DNA of 64,000 bases from NCBI GenBank assembly GCA_041640595.1, contig JBEPZY010000002.1, positions 340,651-404,650 on the forward strand, given 5' to 3'. Position numbers and translations under genes: made by a program. Positions 25,842 through 36,706 of this stretch are shown here, in pieces. How positions within the stretch are numbered: the first letter of the stretch is position 1; each line of letters starts with the position of its first letter. The notes below the pieces were generated by a model. It saw nothing but the letters and a program-made list of their open reading frames with translations. It was not told the origin of the DNA and did not search any database. The stretch is from Gemmatales bacterium. Lineage in GTDB: Bacteria; Planctomycetota; Planctomycetia; Gemmatales; HRBIN36.

Positions 25842-27083
25842 TTACGGGTTGAAGTTCAGCAGCGTCAGCCCTCGAGGCACCTGCAATGCAATCCGTGAAA
25901 GCAGGTCGGCTCCACTGCCGCCATCCACGATGCCTTTGCCACCAACGTTTACATAGCCAAAACTGATGGCATCGTTGTCCGGGCCCAGGTTAATAAGCAT
26001 ATCCTTGGCAATGCTGAGATTCACCACGTCCACGCGGTCCTGACCACGGCCGGTGTTAAGTGATAATCCGCCCTGAGTGGTGCCCGGCAAATTCAGGATT
26101 TGCGTACCAGCCAGGAGTACGCTGTCGTCATCGTCACCGGTGATGATTTTCAAGTTGCCATTAATATTCAGCCCGGTCAGCGACAGGTTATCTTGATCCG
26201 GCACACTGCCACCACTAAGAATACTAAGTCCGCGCTGGAAGGTTCCGCCATCTATCGTCAGGATATCGTTACCGGCTTCCAAGGCGATGGTTACGCCGCC
26301 CACAAATGTATCTTCCAGCAGGTCCATACTGTCGTTTCCAGAACCTGTGCGGATGCTGGTCGTGCCAAGCACGTTGGTGGATTCGGCATCGAAGCGGTCA
26401 TTGCCGGTGCCGGTGTTCACCGACAAGTTATTGGCAATGCGCAGCGGTTCCAGCCGCGGTGGAGTTCCCTGAATACTTCCTCGCATGATAATCGTGTCGT
26501 TGCCGCGACCGGTTTGAATAGTCAGGTCGCCAAACTGTCCCAACGCCTGACCACCAGACCGCGTGCCAACCTGAATCTGCAGGATACTCTGACTGCTTCG
26601 CGTTGCGTCTATATCTACAGCACCGGAAAACGCAAAGTCGGTGAATCGAGCAAAAAAGCTGCCATTGCCCGCGACGACGCGGAACCGACCAAAGAAATTA
26701 CGAATTTGATTCACCCACAGTCCTGCTCCCCCACTGCCGAAGTTGATGCTCAGATCGCCGAAAATTTGGGTTTGCGTCTGGTTGATATTTTGCAAGACAA
26801 CCGTGTCATTTCCGGCGTTCATATTAATGCGAATCGAACCCAGGGGGTTGCCAGCAATCAATGCGGTGAAGGGGGTATCGCTGCCATTGATAGTTGTGCT
26901 GTCAAAACCGCTGATCATCAAAGCATTAGTATTATTACCGAGTTGCTCAATGCGGATGCTGTTGTTGGCACCATCCCCTTGAATGATAAGGTTATCCAAA
27001 CCGTCTTTGAAAACGGTAACGTCACCATCGGGAACATAGCGCGGTTCTAAACACTCGACAAGTAGCCCGATTCGCTTAGCCAT
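25842..27083 (-). CDS. exported Gly/Asn/Asp-rich beta-helix-like protein
   Basis: VECLEPRYVP motif; repeated xGxGND(T/S) units; GGAGGG RBS. Confidence 0.8.
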   Translation of the reverse strand: MAKRIGLLVECLEPRYVPDGDVTVFKDGLDNLIIQGDGANNSIRIEQLGNNTNALMISGFDSTTINGSDTPFTALIAGNPLGSIRINMNAGNDTVVLQNINQTQTQIFGDLSINFGSGGAGLWVNQIRNFFGRFRVVAGNGSFFARFTDFAFSGAVDIDATRSSQSILQIQVGTRSGGQALGQFGDLTIQTGRGNDTIIMRGSIQGTPPRLEPLRIANNLSVNTGTGNDRFDAESTNVLGTTSIRTGSGNDSMDLLEDTFVGGVTIALEAGNDILTIDGGTFQRGLSILSGGSVPDQDNLSLTGLNINGNLKIITGDDDDSVLLAGTQILNLPGTTQGGLSLNTGRGQDRVDVVNLSIAKDMLINLGPDNDAISFGYVNVGGKGIVDGGSGADLLSRIALQVPRGLTLLNFNP

Positions 27084-27154
27084 GCTACCCCTCCGTTCCG
27101 ATGCAGTGGACTAAGTTCCTGGGAAAAGTTAGGTGCCTGGGTTCGCCTGGTCAC

Positions 27155-28855
27155 TCAGGGGAAATTGCGGAAAGCGGCCGGGCCTTGGTTGCGCGATTGG
27201 AAGATGCGGTCCCGCCCCAGGCCACCATCTATAGTTGCTGTCGGCCCGAAAAAGCCGTTGCTGGTAATATTTGCATAGTCATCTCCGGCACCCAAAATAG
27301 CTGCCAGGCCAGCATAGAAGATGGAATTGCTGATCAACAGGACATCGTTGCCCGTACCCGCATCTAAAGTCACGTTGCCAAAGAATTGATTGCGACCGGC
27401 AAGGCTGATATAGTCGTTGCCGCCCCCGGTGCGCACCGCCAGATCACTATAGAAGCGTGAGCCGGTGATACTTACTATATCGCGATCCGCTCCGGGGCCG
27501 TAGGTGTAAAGATTACCCAAACCATCCAGCTGTGAATTCTGCACCACAACCGAATCGTTGCCAGTGCTGAGACTGACCAGGAGATCTCCGTGGATAGTGG
27601 ACTGCAGCAGCTTGAATGATCCATCCCCGGCTACCTTGACGAAACGAACGCGACCGCTGACCTGGCCGATGCCATCTGGAAGAACGCCGAATGTCGAGCG
27701 GAACATCTCGAAATAATCGCTGCCGCTACCGCTGCTCATATCTATACCGATGCCGAAATTACTTTGCCGCAGCAGGAGGCGATCGTTACCGGTGCCGGCT
27801 CGATAATACAATTGCCCGTCCACACTGCTGCCGAGAACGTTGAGCAGATTTTTTCCGTTGCCGGCGACGAAATTCAAGTTACCGTGGACAGTGACCTGAA
27901 CCAACGAGCCATCTAAGGTAAGACTATCGTCGCCGTCGGAGCCGCGCATCCAGAGTTGATCGTCAATTTGCACATTGCTGGCGATACGGACGGAATTATT
28001 GCCGCGGCCTAAATCGAGGCGCAAGGCACCACCGATGACGACACCGTCGGTTAACTGAACACTGTCATCCCCATCGCCGGAAGCGATAGCCAGGGTACCG
28101 TCAAAGGTGGCACCGGTGATGCTGACGCTGTTGGACCCACCTTGACCCAGGTTGAGCTGGACGCCGGGAGTGCCAGCCGGCGGGTTAGGAGATTGGCCTG
28201 GGCTGAAAAAGAGGGTATGGGGGATGGGGGTGCCACCACCGCCACCTCCGCCGCCGCCACCGCCGCCACGAATGATGATGTCGGGCAGGATGGCGGGATC
28301 AGCCACGAACCTATTATTTCCGCCAAACCCGAAGAACTGGAGAACACCCGTCCAAGCCGCCAGTTGCTGTGCACCACCTCCACCGCCGCCACCACCGCCA
28401 CCACCAGGATTAGGTTGCTGGCTATCGAAGTAATTCACCTGGAGGATGTCAGAACCTTCGGCGAGGTTGATGACAATCTGACGGGCGTTCACTGTGCCGG
28501 TTCCCAGGGGTGTAGTATCCTGCATGAGCAAGGCGGCCCAGTTACCGCCATTGCGGTCACCACCGCTGATCTGGGTCGAACCATCACCGTCAAAAACGAA
28601 CAACCAGCGACCGCTGGGCGTTATGTTCACGTTACTGAAAAACGGCGGGGCATCGTAGGTTCCTTGAGTCAACGGCAACACAGCCAGGATGATGTTGTTG
28701 GCCAGGTCGTCGCCGACGATGAAGACTGTTTCGTCACCTGGCAAACCAGGCGGCGCGGGAGTGGGATTGAATAAGCTGATCGCGACGTTTCCCGCAGGGA
28801 CCGTCCGATCCTCCAGTTGCTCGACCTGCAGGCGTACTCGCCTCTGTTCCGCCAT
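27155..28855 (-). CDS. exported Gly-rich beta-helix-like protein with two poly-Gly tracts
   Basis: VEQLEDRTVPA motif; GxGND repeats; GAGGAG RBS. Confidence 0.82.
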   Translation of the reverse strand: MAEQRRVRLQVEQLEDRTVPAGNVAISLFNPTPAPPGLPGDETVFIVGDDLANNIILAVLPLTQGTYDAPPFFSNVNITPSGRWLFVFDGDGSTQISGGDRNGGNWAALLMQDTTPLGTGTVNARQIVINLAEGSDILQVNYFDSQQPNPGGGGGGGGGGGAQQLAAWTGVLQFFGFGGNNRFVADPAILPDIIIRGGGGGGGGGGGGTPIPHTLFFSPGQSPNPPAGTPGVQLNLGQGGSNSVSITGATFDGTLAIASGDGDDSVQLTDGVVIGGALRLDLGRGNNSVRIASNVQIDDQLWMRGSDGDDSLTLDGSLVQVTVHGNLNFVAGNGKNLLNVLGSSVDGQLYYRAGTGNDRLLLRQSNFGIGIDMSSGSGSDYFEMFRSTFGVLPDGIGQVSGRVRFVKVAGDGSFKLLQSTIHGDLLVSLSTGNDSVVVQNSQLDGLGNLYTYGPGADRDIVSITGSRFYSDLAVRTGGGNDYISLAGRNQFFGNVTLDAGTGNDVLLISNSIFYAGLAAILGAGDDYANITSNGFFGPTATIDGGLGRDRIFQSRNQGPAAFRNFP

Positions 28856-29253
28856 ACGTCGTCTCCTCGACCCGCCAATGAGGAGTAAGCCTCTCGGCAG
28901 ACATTCCGGGCCCTTCGACCTGCCTGCTTAATTCCTTTGTAGCCTAAATCTTGTCCAGGCACAACTGCCCGACCTGCTTTTACTCCTCGGGACAGATGCC
29001 GGCGCCGTCACAATTGGCATAGCGGTCAGGTTTGACACTTGCGAAACGGTGTCGCAATCGGCACCTGTGAAGGGGAGCAGCAACCGAGCACTGCATGCGG
29101 AGTGGATGGCGTGGCCATGTTTTGAAGGAGTTTCCATCGTCGCAGTTGACACGGTCAGTTCGTTGCCGAAAATGAGGCAAATGCAGTCGAGAGCTCCATA
29201 AACCTGCAGGCCAGCGAGGTCCTGGCTGGCTCAAGCGAAATCACGGTACGAAC

Positions 29254-30249
29254 ATGGCCAGAGTGCTGATTGGGTCGGCGGTGCTGTGTGAACAGGAGAG
29301 CAGTCATGTGCGGATTTTGCGGGAGGCCGGACTGGAGGTTGTCTTCCCGCCGCAACCGAAACTGCTTACCGAAGCGGACCTGTTGCAGTTGCTGCCAGGC
29401 ATCCACGCCACCATTGCTGGGCCGGAACCCTACACGGCACGGGTGATCGAAGCGGCGAAGGATTTGCGGATCATTGCCCGCAGTGGTGTCGGTTACGATT
29501 CGGTGGATGTAGCAGCGGCGACGCGGCGAGGCATTGCCGTTACCATCACGCCCGGCACCAATCACGACGCCGTGGCAGAACATGCTTTCGCGTTGCTGCT
29601 GGCGCTGGCGAAGGATGTGGTTCGGCAGCACCAGCTGACGATCGCGGGAGGCTGGTCGCGGCAACCGACGGTACCGGTGCGCGGGCAGACCCTCGGCATT
29701 GTCGGACTGGGACGGATTGGCAAAGCGATGGCCCTGCGGGGTCTGGCTTTTGGCATGCAGGTTCTGGCGACCGAAAAGCAACCGGATTGGGAGTTCCTGC
29801 GCCAGCACCGCATCGAACTGGTGCCGCTGGAGGAATTGCTTCGCCGATCCGATTTCGTCAGTCTGCATGCTCCCTACACACCGGAAACTCACCATCTCAT
29901 TCGTGCGGAGACGTTGCGGCTGATGAAACCGACGGCGTTTCTGATCAATACCGCCCGTGGCGGACTGGTCTGCGAACGGGATTTGCTAGCGGCGTTGCAG
30001 AGCGGCCAGATTCGCGGGGCCGGGCTCGATGTTTTCGAGAAAGAGCCGCCCGGCGACAATCCGCTCTTCCATCTGCCCAACGTCGTGGTCACGCCGCACA
30101 TGGCCGGTGTGGATACGCGGAGTTTGCGGGAAATGGCGGACATGGCGGCGGAGACGATTGTCCGACTGTTCCGCGGCGATTGGCCCGACGATGGCCGGAT
30201 CGTCAACCCGGAAGTTCGCCCGCATTTTGTCCGTGCAGGCAGCCCCTAA
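29254..30249 (+). CDS. D-isomer 2-hydroxyacid dehydrogenase (phosphoglycerate dehydrogenase-like)
   Basis: RSGVGYD, VAEH, GIVGLGRIG, SDFVSLH, INTARG, GLDVFEKEP, TPHMAG. Confidence 0.93.
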   Translation: MARVLIGSAVLCEQESSHVRILREAGLEVVFPPQPKLLTEADLLQLLPGIHATIAGPEPYTARVIEAAKDLRIIARSGVGYDSVDVAAATRRGIAVTITPGTNHDAVAEHAFALLLALAKDVVRQHQLTIAGGWSRQPTVPVRGQTLGIVGLGRIGKAMALRGLAFGMQVLATEKQPDWEFLRQHRIELVPLEELLRRSDFVSLHAPYTPETHHLIRAETLRLMKPTAFLINTARGGLVCERDLLAALQSGQIRGAGLDVFEKEPPGDNPLFHLPNVVVTPHMAGVDTRSLREMADMAAETIVRLFRGDWPDDGRIVNPEVRPHFVRAGSP

Positions 30250-30442
30250 AGCCGCACCCTCGGCCACCAATATCTGACAGAGGATGTCAATCAGCTGACA
30301 GCGTGCAGCAAACACTGGACAGCGGCTGGCGAACGAGGGACACTGGACCGCGACCAACGATCAGCAAGCGGCGAACGGATATGACCTGCGGCGAATTGCC
30401 ACCGAGTAGAAAACAAGGACCGAATAGCGGATGGCCCGTCAA

Positions 30443-31151
30443 GAGCGGCGCACGTCAGCCCGCCGTGGCTGGGTAATACCGATAGCGTGCCGCAAAAATG
30501 GATCATTGCCCGGGAACAACCGTACGCTCGAACAACAGTGCCCTCCGTCAGCCCGCCGTGGGTGTCATCGGGCGAACGTCGTCGGTAATGTGCTGGAAAC
30601 GCACTTGTAAGCGCGTTCGCCAAACCACGGGGGGCTGACGCCCCCCGCTCCTGGTGCTGTTGCAACGATCGTCCGCCGGAAACAATGACGATTTTTGCGA
30701 TGCAGAAACGCACACTCACAAGAGCGGCGGGCGTCAGCCCGCCGTGGCTGGGTAATACCGATGGCGTGCTGCAAATACCGAGCACTGCTCGGCAACTACC
30801 GCACGCTCGAACAACAGTGCCCTCCGTCAGCCCGCTGTGGGTTGCAAACCGCGTCTGCAGTAGCAATGCGGTGATTTTGCCCGTTTCGAGTTCGCATACC
30901 GAGTAAATCCCACGGGGGCTTACGCTCCCCGCTCCTGGTGCTGTTGCAACGACCGTTCGCCGGAAGAATGCGATTTTTGCGATGCACAAACGCACATCCA
31001 CAAGAGCGGCGGGTGTCAGCCCGCCGTGGGTGTTAGGGAAATGCACTTGCAGGTACGCTGCCGCAAAGTCGCGGCAGACTACCATCGCTGTGCCCACGAA
31101 CGCTGGTGCAGTCGCGGTAGCGAAACCACGGGGGGCTGACGCCCCCCGCTC
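30443..31151. repeat. REP/BIME-like mosaic array 3
   Basis: Same palindrome and shared linker modules. Confidence 0.9.
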
Positions 31152-31241
31152 CTGGTTCGGGCTGCGAATGCTACTGCGGATGTACGTTTCCCTGACGCTG
31201 CGGCTGGAGATGCGCAGCGTGCGATTGGGCTTGCGTGAGGG

Positions 31242-31718
31242 AGTTCGGAGTGGCTAATATCGCGGTGGTGATGCGAATCCCGAGATCCTGGACAGTGAGC
31301 CAGGTCTCCGCGGAGCGTTCCGAGTGGCTAATATCGCGGTGGTGATGCAAAGATGCTGCGAGGCCACGGTTTACTGGAACGCTCAAAGCCAACCTCACCG
31401 GCTAATCTGGCCGTGGTGAGGCGAAGATGCTGCGGGTCAACATTTCTGTAGCGCTCGAAGTGAACTTCGCCGGCTAACGTGGCGGTGACGATGCGAAACC
31501 GGTGTCAGGACATACAACATCCGACCGGCCCATGTGAACTTCGCTGGGTAATGTGGCGGTGGTGAGGCGAAGATGCTGCGAGGCCACGGTTTACCGGAAC
31601 GCTCAAGGCGAACCTCACCGGCTAATGTGGCGGTGACGATGCGAAGATGCTGGGGGTCAACAATTTCTAGCACGCTCGAAGCGAACTTCGCCGGGTAATG
31701 TGGCGGTGGTAGTGCGAA
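31242..31718. repeat. 7-copy array, ~36-bp degenerate core plus ~37-bp intervening segment (72-74 bp period)
   Basis: GG(C/G)TAA anchor at 31252, 31326, 31400, 31472, 31546, 31620 and 31693; consensus GAACTTCGCCGGCTAATGTGGCGGTGGTGATGCGAA. Confidence 0.88.
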
Positions 31719-31766
31719 GGCGCCCCGGATGCCCGGAGCGTGGAAAATAGCAGGAGGGAGTCGGTG

Positions 31767-32549
31767 ATGCGGCTGGCGTTAGTGGATCGGCAGTGGCTGC
31801 TAGCCGGGGGAAGCTGGAGCGAGTCGGCGTCGGAATGGCGTTGGGACGGTCTGGAACTGGCTGTGGGTCGCCGCGAGTGTCAACGGCCTGTCACGGAATT
31901 GGCGGCGATACTGCGTCGGCGAGTAGAACTTGTCCGGCAAGGGGGATGGGAAGTTTCGTCCCTATCCTGCCGGTTTCTGTACTTGCACAGCGGTGTGCCG
32001 ATGGCATCGCTGGCGGAATGCGTTGCCGGTCTCATCGAACTAGCCGGGCAACTGGGCGTGGGCGTGGTGCATGTGCCCGGCCTGGTGGGCGAGGAAGGAG
32101 AGTGGTCGGGCTGGCAAAATTGCCTGCAAAACTGGCAGACGGTTGCGGAGCGGCACAATGTTCGGCTGGCTTGCGAATGGCTGGGCGAGCCGCCTGGCTG
32201 CTGGGAAAATCAACCGGCCTCGTTCGCCGGCATCGCTTACGATTTGGGGGGCCGTCTGGTTCTGGGCGGCGATGTCGCGGGAGAGTTGCGGATACTGGCC
32301 GACCGATTGTTGCAGATTCGGCTCAAGGATCGCATACGCAGCCGACCGGATCAGTTGCGACCGCTGGGCGAAGGATGTCTGCGACTGACCGTGCTGGCGC
32401 GATTGCTGCAGAGCATTTCCTACCAGGGCTGGCTGGTGCTGGATCAACCGGCGGTAGTGTGCGATAAGTCAGCTCTGCAACGTCTGGGAGACCGTTTACG
32501 CCAGGTCTTGCTGTCCGGAAAGTCGGCAAGCTCGTCAGTGGCGGCATGA
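31767..32549 (+). CDS. sugar phosphate isomerase/epimerase-like TIM-barrel protein (divergent)
   Basis: DGLEL, VRLACE, YDLG, QIRLKD, LGEG, YQGWLVL motifs; AGGAGG RBS. Confidence 0.72.
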   Translation: MRLALVDRQWLLAGGSWSESASEWRWDGLELAVGRRECQRPVTELAAILRRRVELVRQGGWEVSSLSCRFLYLHSGVPMASLAECVAGLIELAGQLGVGVVHVPGLVGEEGEWSGWQNCLQNWQTVAERHNVRLACEWLGEPPGCWENQPASFAGIAYDLGGRLVLGGDVAGELRILADRLLQIRLKDRIRSRPDQLRPLGEGCLRLTVLARLLQSISYQGWLVLDQPAVVCDKSALQRLGDRLRQVLLSGKSASSSVAA

Positions 32550-32794
32550 GCGTCGCTTCTGCCAGCCGCGTCGCGCCGGGTAAGCCCGTTACTGTTGGTT
32601 TGACAACGCCCTGTCAAAGGGGAAAGGTTTTTAGGCCACCGGCATGTACAGACCGATAGAATAGTTTGCGACCGAGTTGGTTTGCGTGTTTCGCCAGGAT
32701 TGAGTAACGCCAGGGAACTGGGGCGGTCTTGGGGAAACTGAATCCGGCCGGGTGGCCGCATTGAACGGCACGCAGGTAATTCAGAGGTGCGACG

Positions 32795-33661
32795 ATGGGG
32801 CAACGGCGACAACTCGAACACATGCGGATGTTGATCACGGGGGCTTCGCAGGGGATCGGACGAGCTTTGTGTTTAGCGGCAGTGCGTCGCGGGGCACACG
32901 TGCTGGCAACCGCGCGGAATGGTGAGTTGTTGCAGAGCCTTCAGCGTGAGGCGGAAGGGCTGCCCGGTCGGCTGGAGACGCTGGTAGCCGACGTTACTTC
33001 GCCCAACGATCGACAGCGCATGCTGGATGCGGAAGTGGAACATTTCGGCGGACTGGACATTCTTGTCAACAATGCCGGGATCGGTGCCACCGGGCATTTC
33101 AGCGATGCCAGCGAGGAACGATTGCGGCGGATATTCGAGGTGAACTTTTTCGGCCCGGCGGAACTGATACGCCTGGCGATTCCGCTATTGCGGCAGGGAA
33201 AAACGCCGCTCATCGTCAATATTTCCTCAATCGTCGGCTTGCGGGCCTTCCCAGCACGCAGTGAATATTCGGCGAGTAAATTTGCCCTGCAGGGTTTGTC
33301 GGAGGCGTTGCGGGCGGAATTAGTGCGTTATGGGATCGACGTGCTGGTGGTCAGTCCCGGTCTCACCGCCACCAATTTCCCGCAAAACATGATCGAAAAC
33401 AAAGCCCGCTGGCCGATGGATCACAAACGTTCCATGTCGCCGGAACAGGTCGCAGAGGCCACCCTGCGCGCTATCGAAAAGGGTCGCCGCAGCCTCGTTC
33501 TGACCTGGGAAGGGAAGATGGTAGTCTGGCTGAATCGGCTGGTGCCCTGGTTCGTGGACTGGATGATGGCCCGCAAGGTTTATCAGCTGTACCGCGACGA
33601 GATCGAAGCCCGGAACAAGAACGAGCCTACCGCGCCGCTGGTTTCCTCGCCCACGGGATAG
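32795..33661 (+). CDS. SDR family oxidoreductase
   Basis: ITGASQGIG, LVNNAG, NISS, YSASK. Confidence 0.96.
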   Translation: MGQRRQLEHMRMLITGASQGIGRALCLAAVRRGAHVLATARNGELLQSLQREAEGLPGRLETLVADVTSPNDRQRMLDAEVEHFGGLDILVNNAGIGATGHFSDASEERLRRIFEVNFFGPAELIRLAIPLLRQGKTPLIVNISSIVGLRAFPARSEYSASKFALQGLSEALRAELVRYGIDVLVVSPGLTATNFPQNMIENKARWPMDHKRSMSPEQVAEATLRAIEKGRRSLVLTWEGKMVVWLNRLVPWFVDWMMARKVYQLYRDEIEARNKNEPTAPLVSSPTG

Positions 33662-33849
33662 CTTCGCCTCACCTGTGCACCGAGAAACGAAACGTGCCGG
33701 TGCCGCGGGCCAACCGCTCGCCCAGAATGCGGGCTCACTTGTGCACCGAGAAAGGAAACACGCCCGCCTGGCTCACGCGAGCCGATCTCCATTGCAGATG
33801 GGAACGCTGTTGCAGATGTGCGTTTCCCGCACATAAGTATGCTACTTTC

Positions 33850-34378
33850 CCACGGGGGGCTTACGCCCGTCACTCCTGTGTCTCGTGTACCGTAGACCGG
33901 TTGCCGGCGCACGTGGGCATCACCGCGACGTGTTTCGTTTCCCACGGGGGTCTTACGCCCCCCGCTCCTGGCGCTTGGACGGGTGTTCGTTCACCGGAGA
34001 AATAACGCCTTTTGCGATGCAGAAACGCACGTTCACAAGAGCGGCGGGCGTCAGCCCGCCGTGGGTGTGAGTAACGCCGTTGCAATTGCGAACGCTTTCA
34101 CCCAGCGCCGCGCACGTCAGCCCGCCGTGGCTGGGTAATACCGATGGCGTGCTGCAAATACCGAGCACTGCTCGGCAACTACCGCACGCTCGAACAACAG
34201 TGCCCTCCGTCAGCCGGCCGTGGGTGTGTCTCGCGTCTGCAATGGCGCAGGTACGACCACGGTCGGCTTACGCCGACCGCTCTTGGTTGCATAACCGGCT
34301 TCGCCACGAAACGCCCGATTTGTGATGCGGAGTCGGACATATCATCACAAGAGAGCCGCGCACCTCAGCCCGCCGTGG
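33850..34378. repeat. REP/BIME-like mosaic array 4
   Basis: Same palindrome; the CTGGGTAATACCGATGGCGTGCTGCAAATACCG module is shared with array 3. Confidence 0.88.
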
Positions 34379-34537
34379 TTCGGAAACGCACCGGCAGGGG
34401 CGAACATTTTTCGCCGACCAGGAACGCTGGCGCTTGTCGCGCAGCTCACGCGAGCAGTAGTGTATTCCGGGGAAAGTAGCTGAGGTGAAGCGGGGTTGTC
34501 GGGCTTGATCGGTTTCGGGTGAGCGGACGGGAGGGGG

Positions 34538-34867
34538 TTATTTCAAAGCCCGTTCGACGGCATCTTCGTAGGCTTTTTTCGGCATCGCTCCGACCAGACG
34601 ATCTACGGGCTGACCGTTCTTGAAGATGTAAACCTGGGGAATGGAAGTGATGCCGTATCGGCTGGCCAGTTCCTGATTGTCGTCCACATCCACTTTGCCG
34701 ACCTTGATCCGACCGGCATACTGGTCGGCGATGGCTTCGATATAAGGGGCAATCATGCGACAGGGTCCGCACCAGGTGGCCCAGAAATCTACCAGCACCG
34801 GTACCGGACTCTGCAGCACCTCCGTTTCCCAGTTGGCGCTATTGAGTTCGAGGACGTTTCTGGCCAT
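34538..34867 (-). CDS. trxA: thioredoxin
   Basis: VLVDFWATWCGPCRMIAP, GITSIP; GGAG RBS before ATG 34867. Confidence 0.97.
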   Translation of the reverse strand: MARNVLELNSANWETEVLQSPVPVLVDFWATWCGPCRMIAPYIEAIADQYAGRIKVGKVDVDDNQELASRYGITSIPQVYIFKNGQPVDRLVGAMPKKAYEDAVERALK

Positions 34868-35071
34868 GCAGGTTCTCCATGAAGTGTGCCGATGGATAGC
34901 CCCGAATTTCGGGTGGTCATGTTCCGCTGACGCATTATATGACCGGATGGTCAGCCGGGATGAATGCCGCACTGGGGATCGTCGTCGCAATATCGGCGGA
35001 GATTACTGACCTTGGCGAACTGGCGACCGGTATGCTACAATCCGGCGGTCGCTTTGCACGGAGGGAGAAAT

Positions 35072-36097
35072 ATGTGTCAGGCCGGCTACCGAAGTTCCGA
35101 ATCGTGTGCCCAACGCCGCGGACAGGTGCTCCTGGTGCACTGTGCCGTAGCGGCGTTGTGGACGGCCCTGATTGCCTGGTGCCCGGCGCAAACGCCCGCA
35201 CCGGTCGTCGTGGTCAACGGCGAACCCATCCCGGAAAAAGACCTGCAGCGTGCTCTGGATCGGCTCCCCGCGGAACATCGCCAGCGGGCCCGGCAGGAGA
35301 TTCTCGAACGCCTTATTGACAATCTGCTCATTGACCAGCACCTGCTCAGTCTGCAAATACCCGCTCCGCCGGACGAAATCGAAGCACGCCTGCGGCAGAT
35401 TCAGGAAGAAGTCAAACGCAGCGGCCAGGATTACCAGAAACTTCTGCAAGAACTCGCGCTCACCGAGGTAGAACTCAAACGCCAGATCGCCGCCGAACTC
35501 CGCTGGGAACGCTACCTGCAAAGCCAGATTCCCGACGCTGCGTTGCAGAAGTTTTTCCAGGAACATCGCGAATGGTTCAACGGCAGCGCTGTGCAGGCCC
35601 GGCACATTCTGGTAGCCTGCCCGGCTCAAGCTGACCCGACCCAGAAAAAGCAGGCTCAGCAGAAGGCAGAGCAACTCCGCCAGCACATCCTCGCCGAGGT
35701 GGAAAAACGTTTGGCACAAACCCGTACCGCCAGCAATGAAGAAAAGGAAACCCTGCGGCAGCGATTGCTGGTGGAAGTGTTTGCCGAGACTGCCATCAAA
35801 CATTCCGAATGCCCCTCGAAAACCCGCGGCGGCGATTTGGGCTGGTTTCCGCGGATCGGGGTCATGGTCGAGCCATTCGCTGCCGCTGCTTTTGCCACAC
35901 CGGTCGGTCAGGTCAGTCCGCCCGTCGAAACGCCTTTCGGTTACCATCTCATTCTGGTGACCGGCAAACAACCAGGCCGCGAGGTCAAGTTTGAGGATGT
36001 TAAAGACGAAGTGCGCGAGGTTCAAGGCGAACGACTCCGCCAGGAATTGCTCCGCCAGTTACGCTCCAAGGCACGCATCGAGTTCCCCAATCGCTGA
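35072..36097 (+). CDS. parvulin-type peptidylprolyl isomerase (PrsA/SurA-like)
   Basis: VVNGEPI, ARHILV, HSECPSKTRGGDLGWF, ETPFGYHLI. Confidence 0.92.
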   Translation: MCQAGYRSSESCAQRRGQVLLVHCAVAALWTALIAWCPAQTPAPVVVVNGEPIPEKDLQRALDRLPAEHRQRARQEILERLIDNLLIDQHLLSLQIPAPPDEIEARLRQIQEEVKRSGQDYQKLLQELALTEVELKRQIAAELRWERYLQSQIPDAALQKFFQEHREWFNGSAVQARHILVACPAQADPTQKKQAQQKAEQLRQHILAEVEKRLAQTRTASNEEKETLRQRLLVEVFAETAIKHSECPSKTRGGDLGWFPRIGVMVEPFAAAAFATPVGQVSPPVETPFGYHLILVTGKQPGREVKFEDVKDEVREVQGERLRQELLRQLRSKARIEFPNR

Positions 36098-36287
36098 GCA
36101 GCACGCTGTCGAAACGTATTTCCCCACTGCATGGAGCCGACGGCCGGTCTTGGAACAAGTTCAAATCAACATCCTGCGCTGTCGAAACGCATTTCCCAAC
36201 CGCATGGAGCCGACGTTCACCGCTGGCGTGAACGGGAATGGTGCACCGCTCACGTTGCTTTTGCAGCAACCGCGCACGGTACATTCG

Positions 36288-36638
36288 GAGCGGGGGCGTA
36301 AGCCCCCGTGGGATAAGTATCGATCTCCTCGGCGAGAATCGCACGAATCCAGCTTCGGAGCCTGGCGAACTACCAATGTTCCGTGGGACCATTGCCACTC
36401 TGGTCGGCGAAAATCGCCCATCTGCAACGGTGTCGGCACGTGCAACCAAGAGCGGGGGGCGTAAGCCCCCCGGGGAGTGCTTGATTGTGTGCGCGCCGGT
36501 CGGCGCACAATGCTTGATTTTCACGGCACGGTGTTCGTGTCACCGACCACGGCGGGCTGACGGTCGCCACTGGACGAGAGCGTCCGCTATTGCGATTGCG
36601 TGACTCAAAACCACGACGGGATGACCGTCGCCGATCTC
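36288..36638. repeat. REP/BIME-like mosaic array 5 (degenerate)
   Basis: GAGCGGGGGGCGTAAGCCCCC units; the GATTGTGTGCGCGCCGGTCGG module is shared with array 6. Confidence 0.82.
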
Positions 36639-36706
36639 GATTGGAGTGTGGCGTAGTGGAACTGGACGAGTACGCTAGCCGGGCGACGAACGATTATTTC
36701 CGGTAA

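Noticed and set aside
31242..31718. Formal CRISPR annotation
   Set aside because: Repeats are degenerate, spacers are duplicated and partly related to each other, and there is no leader or cas gene; kept only as a finding.
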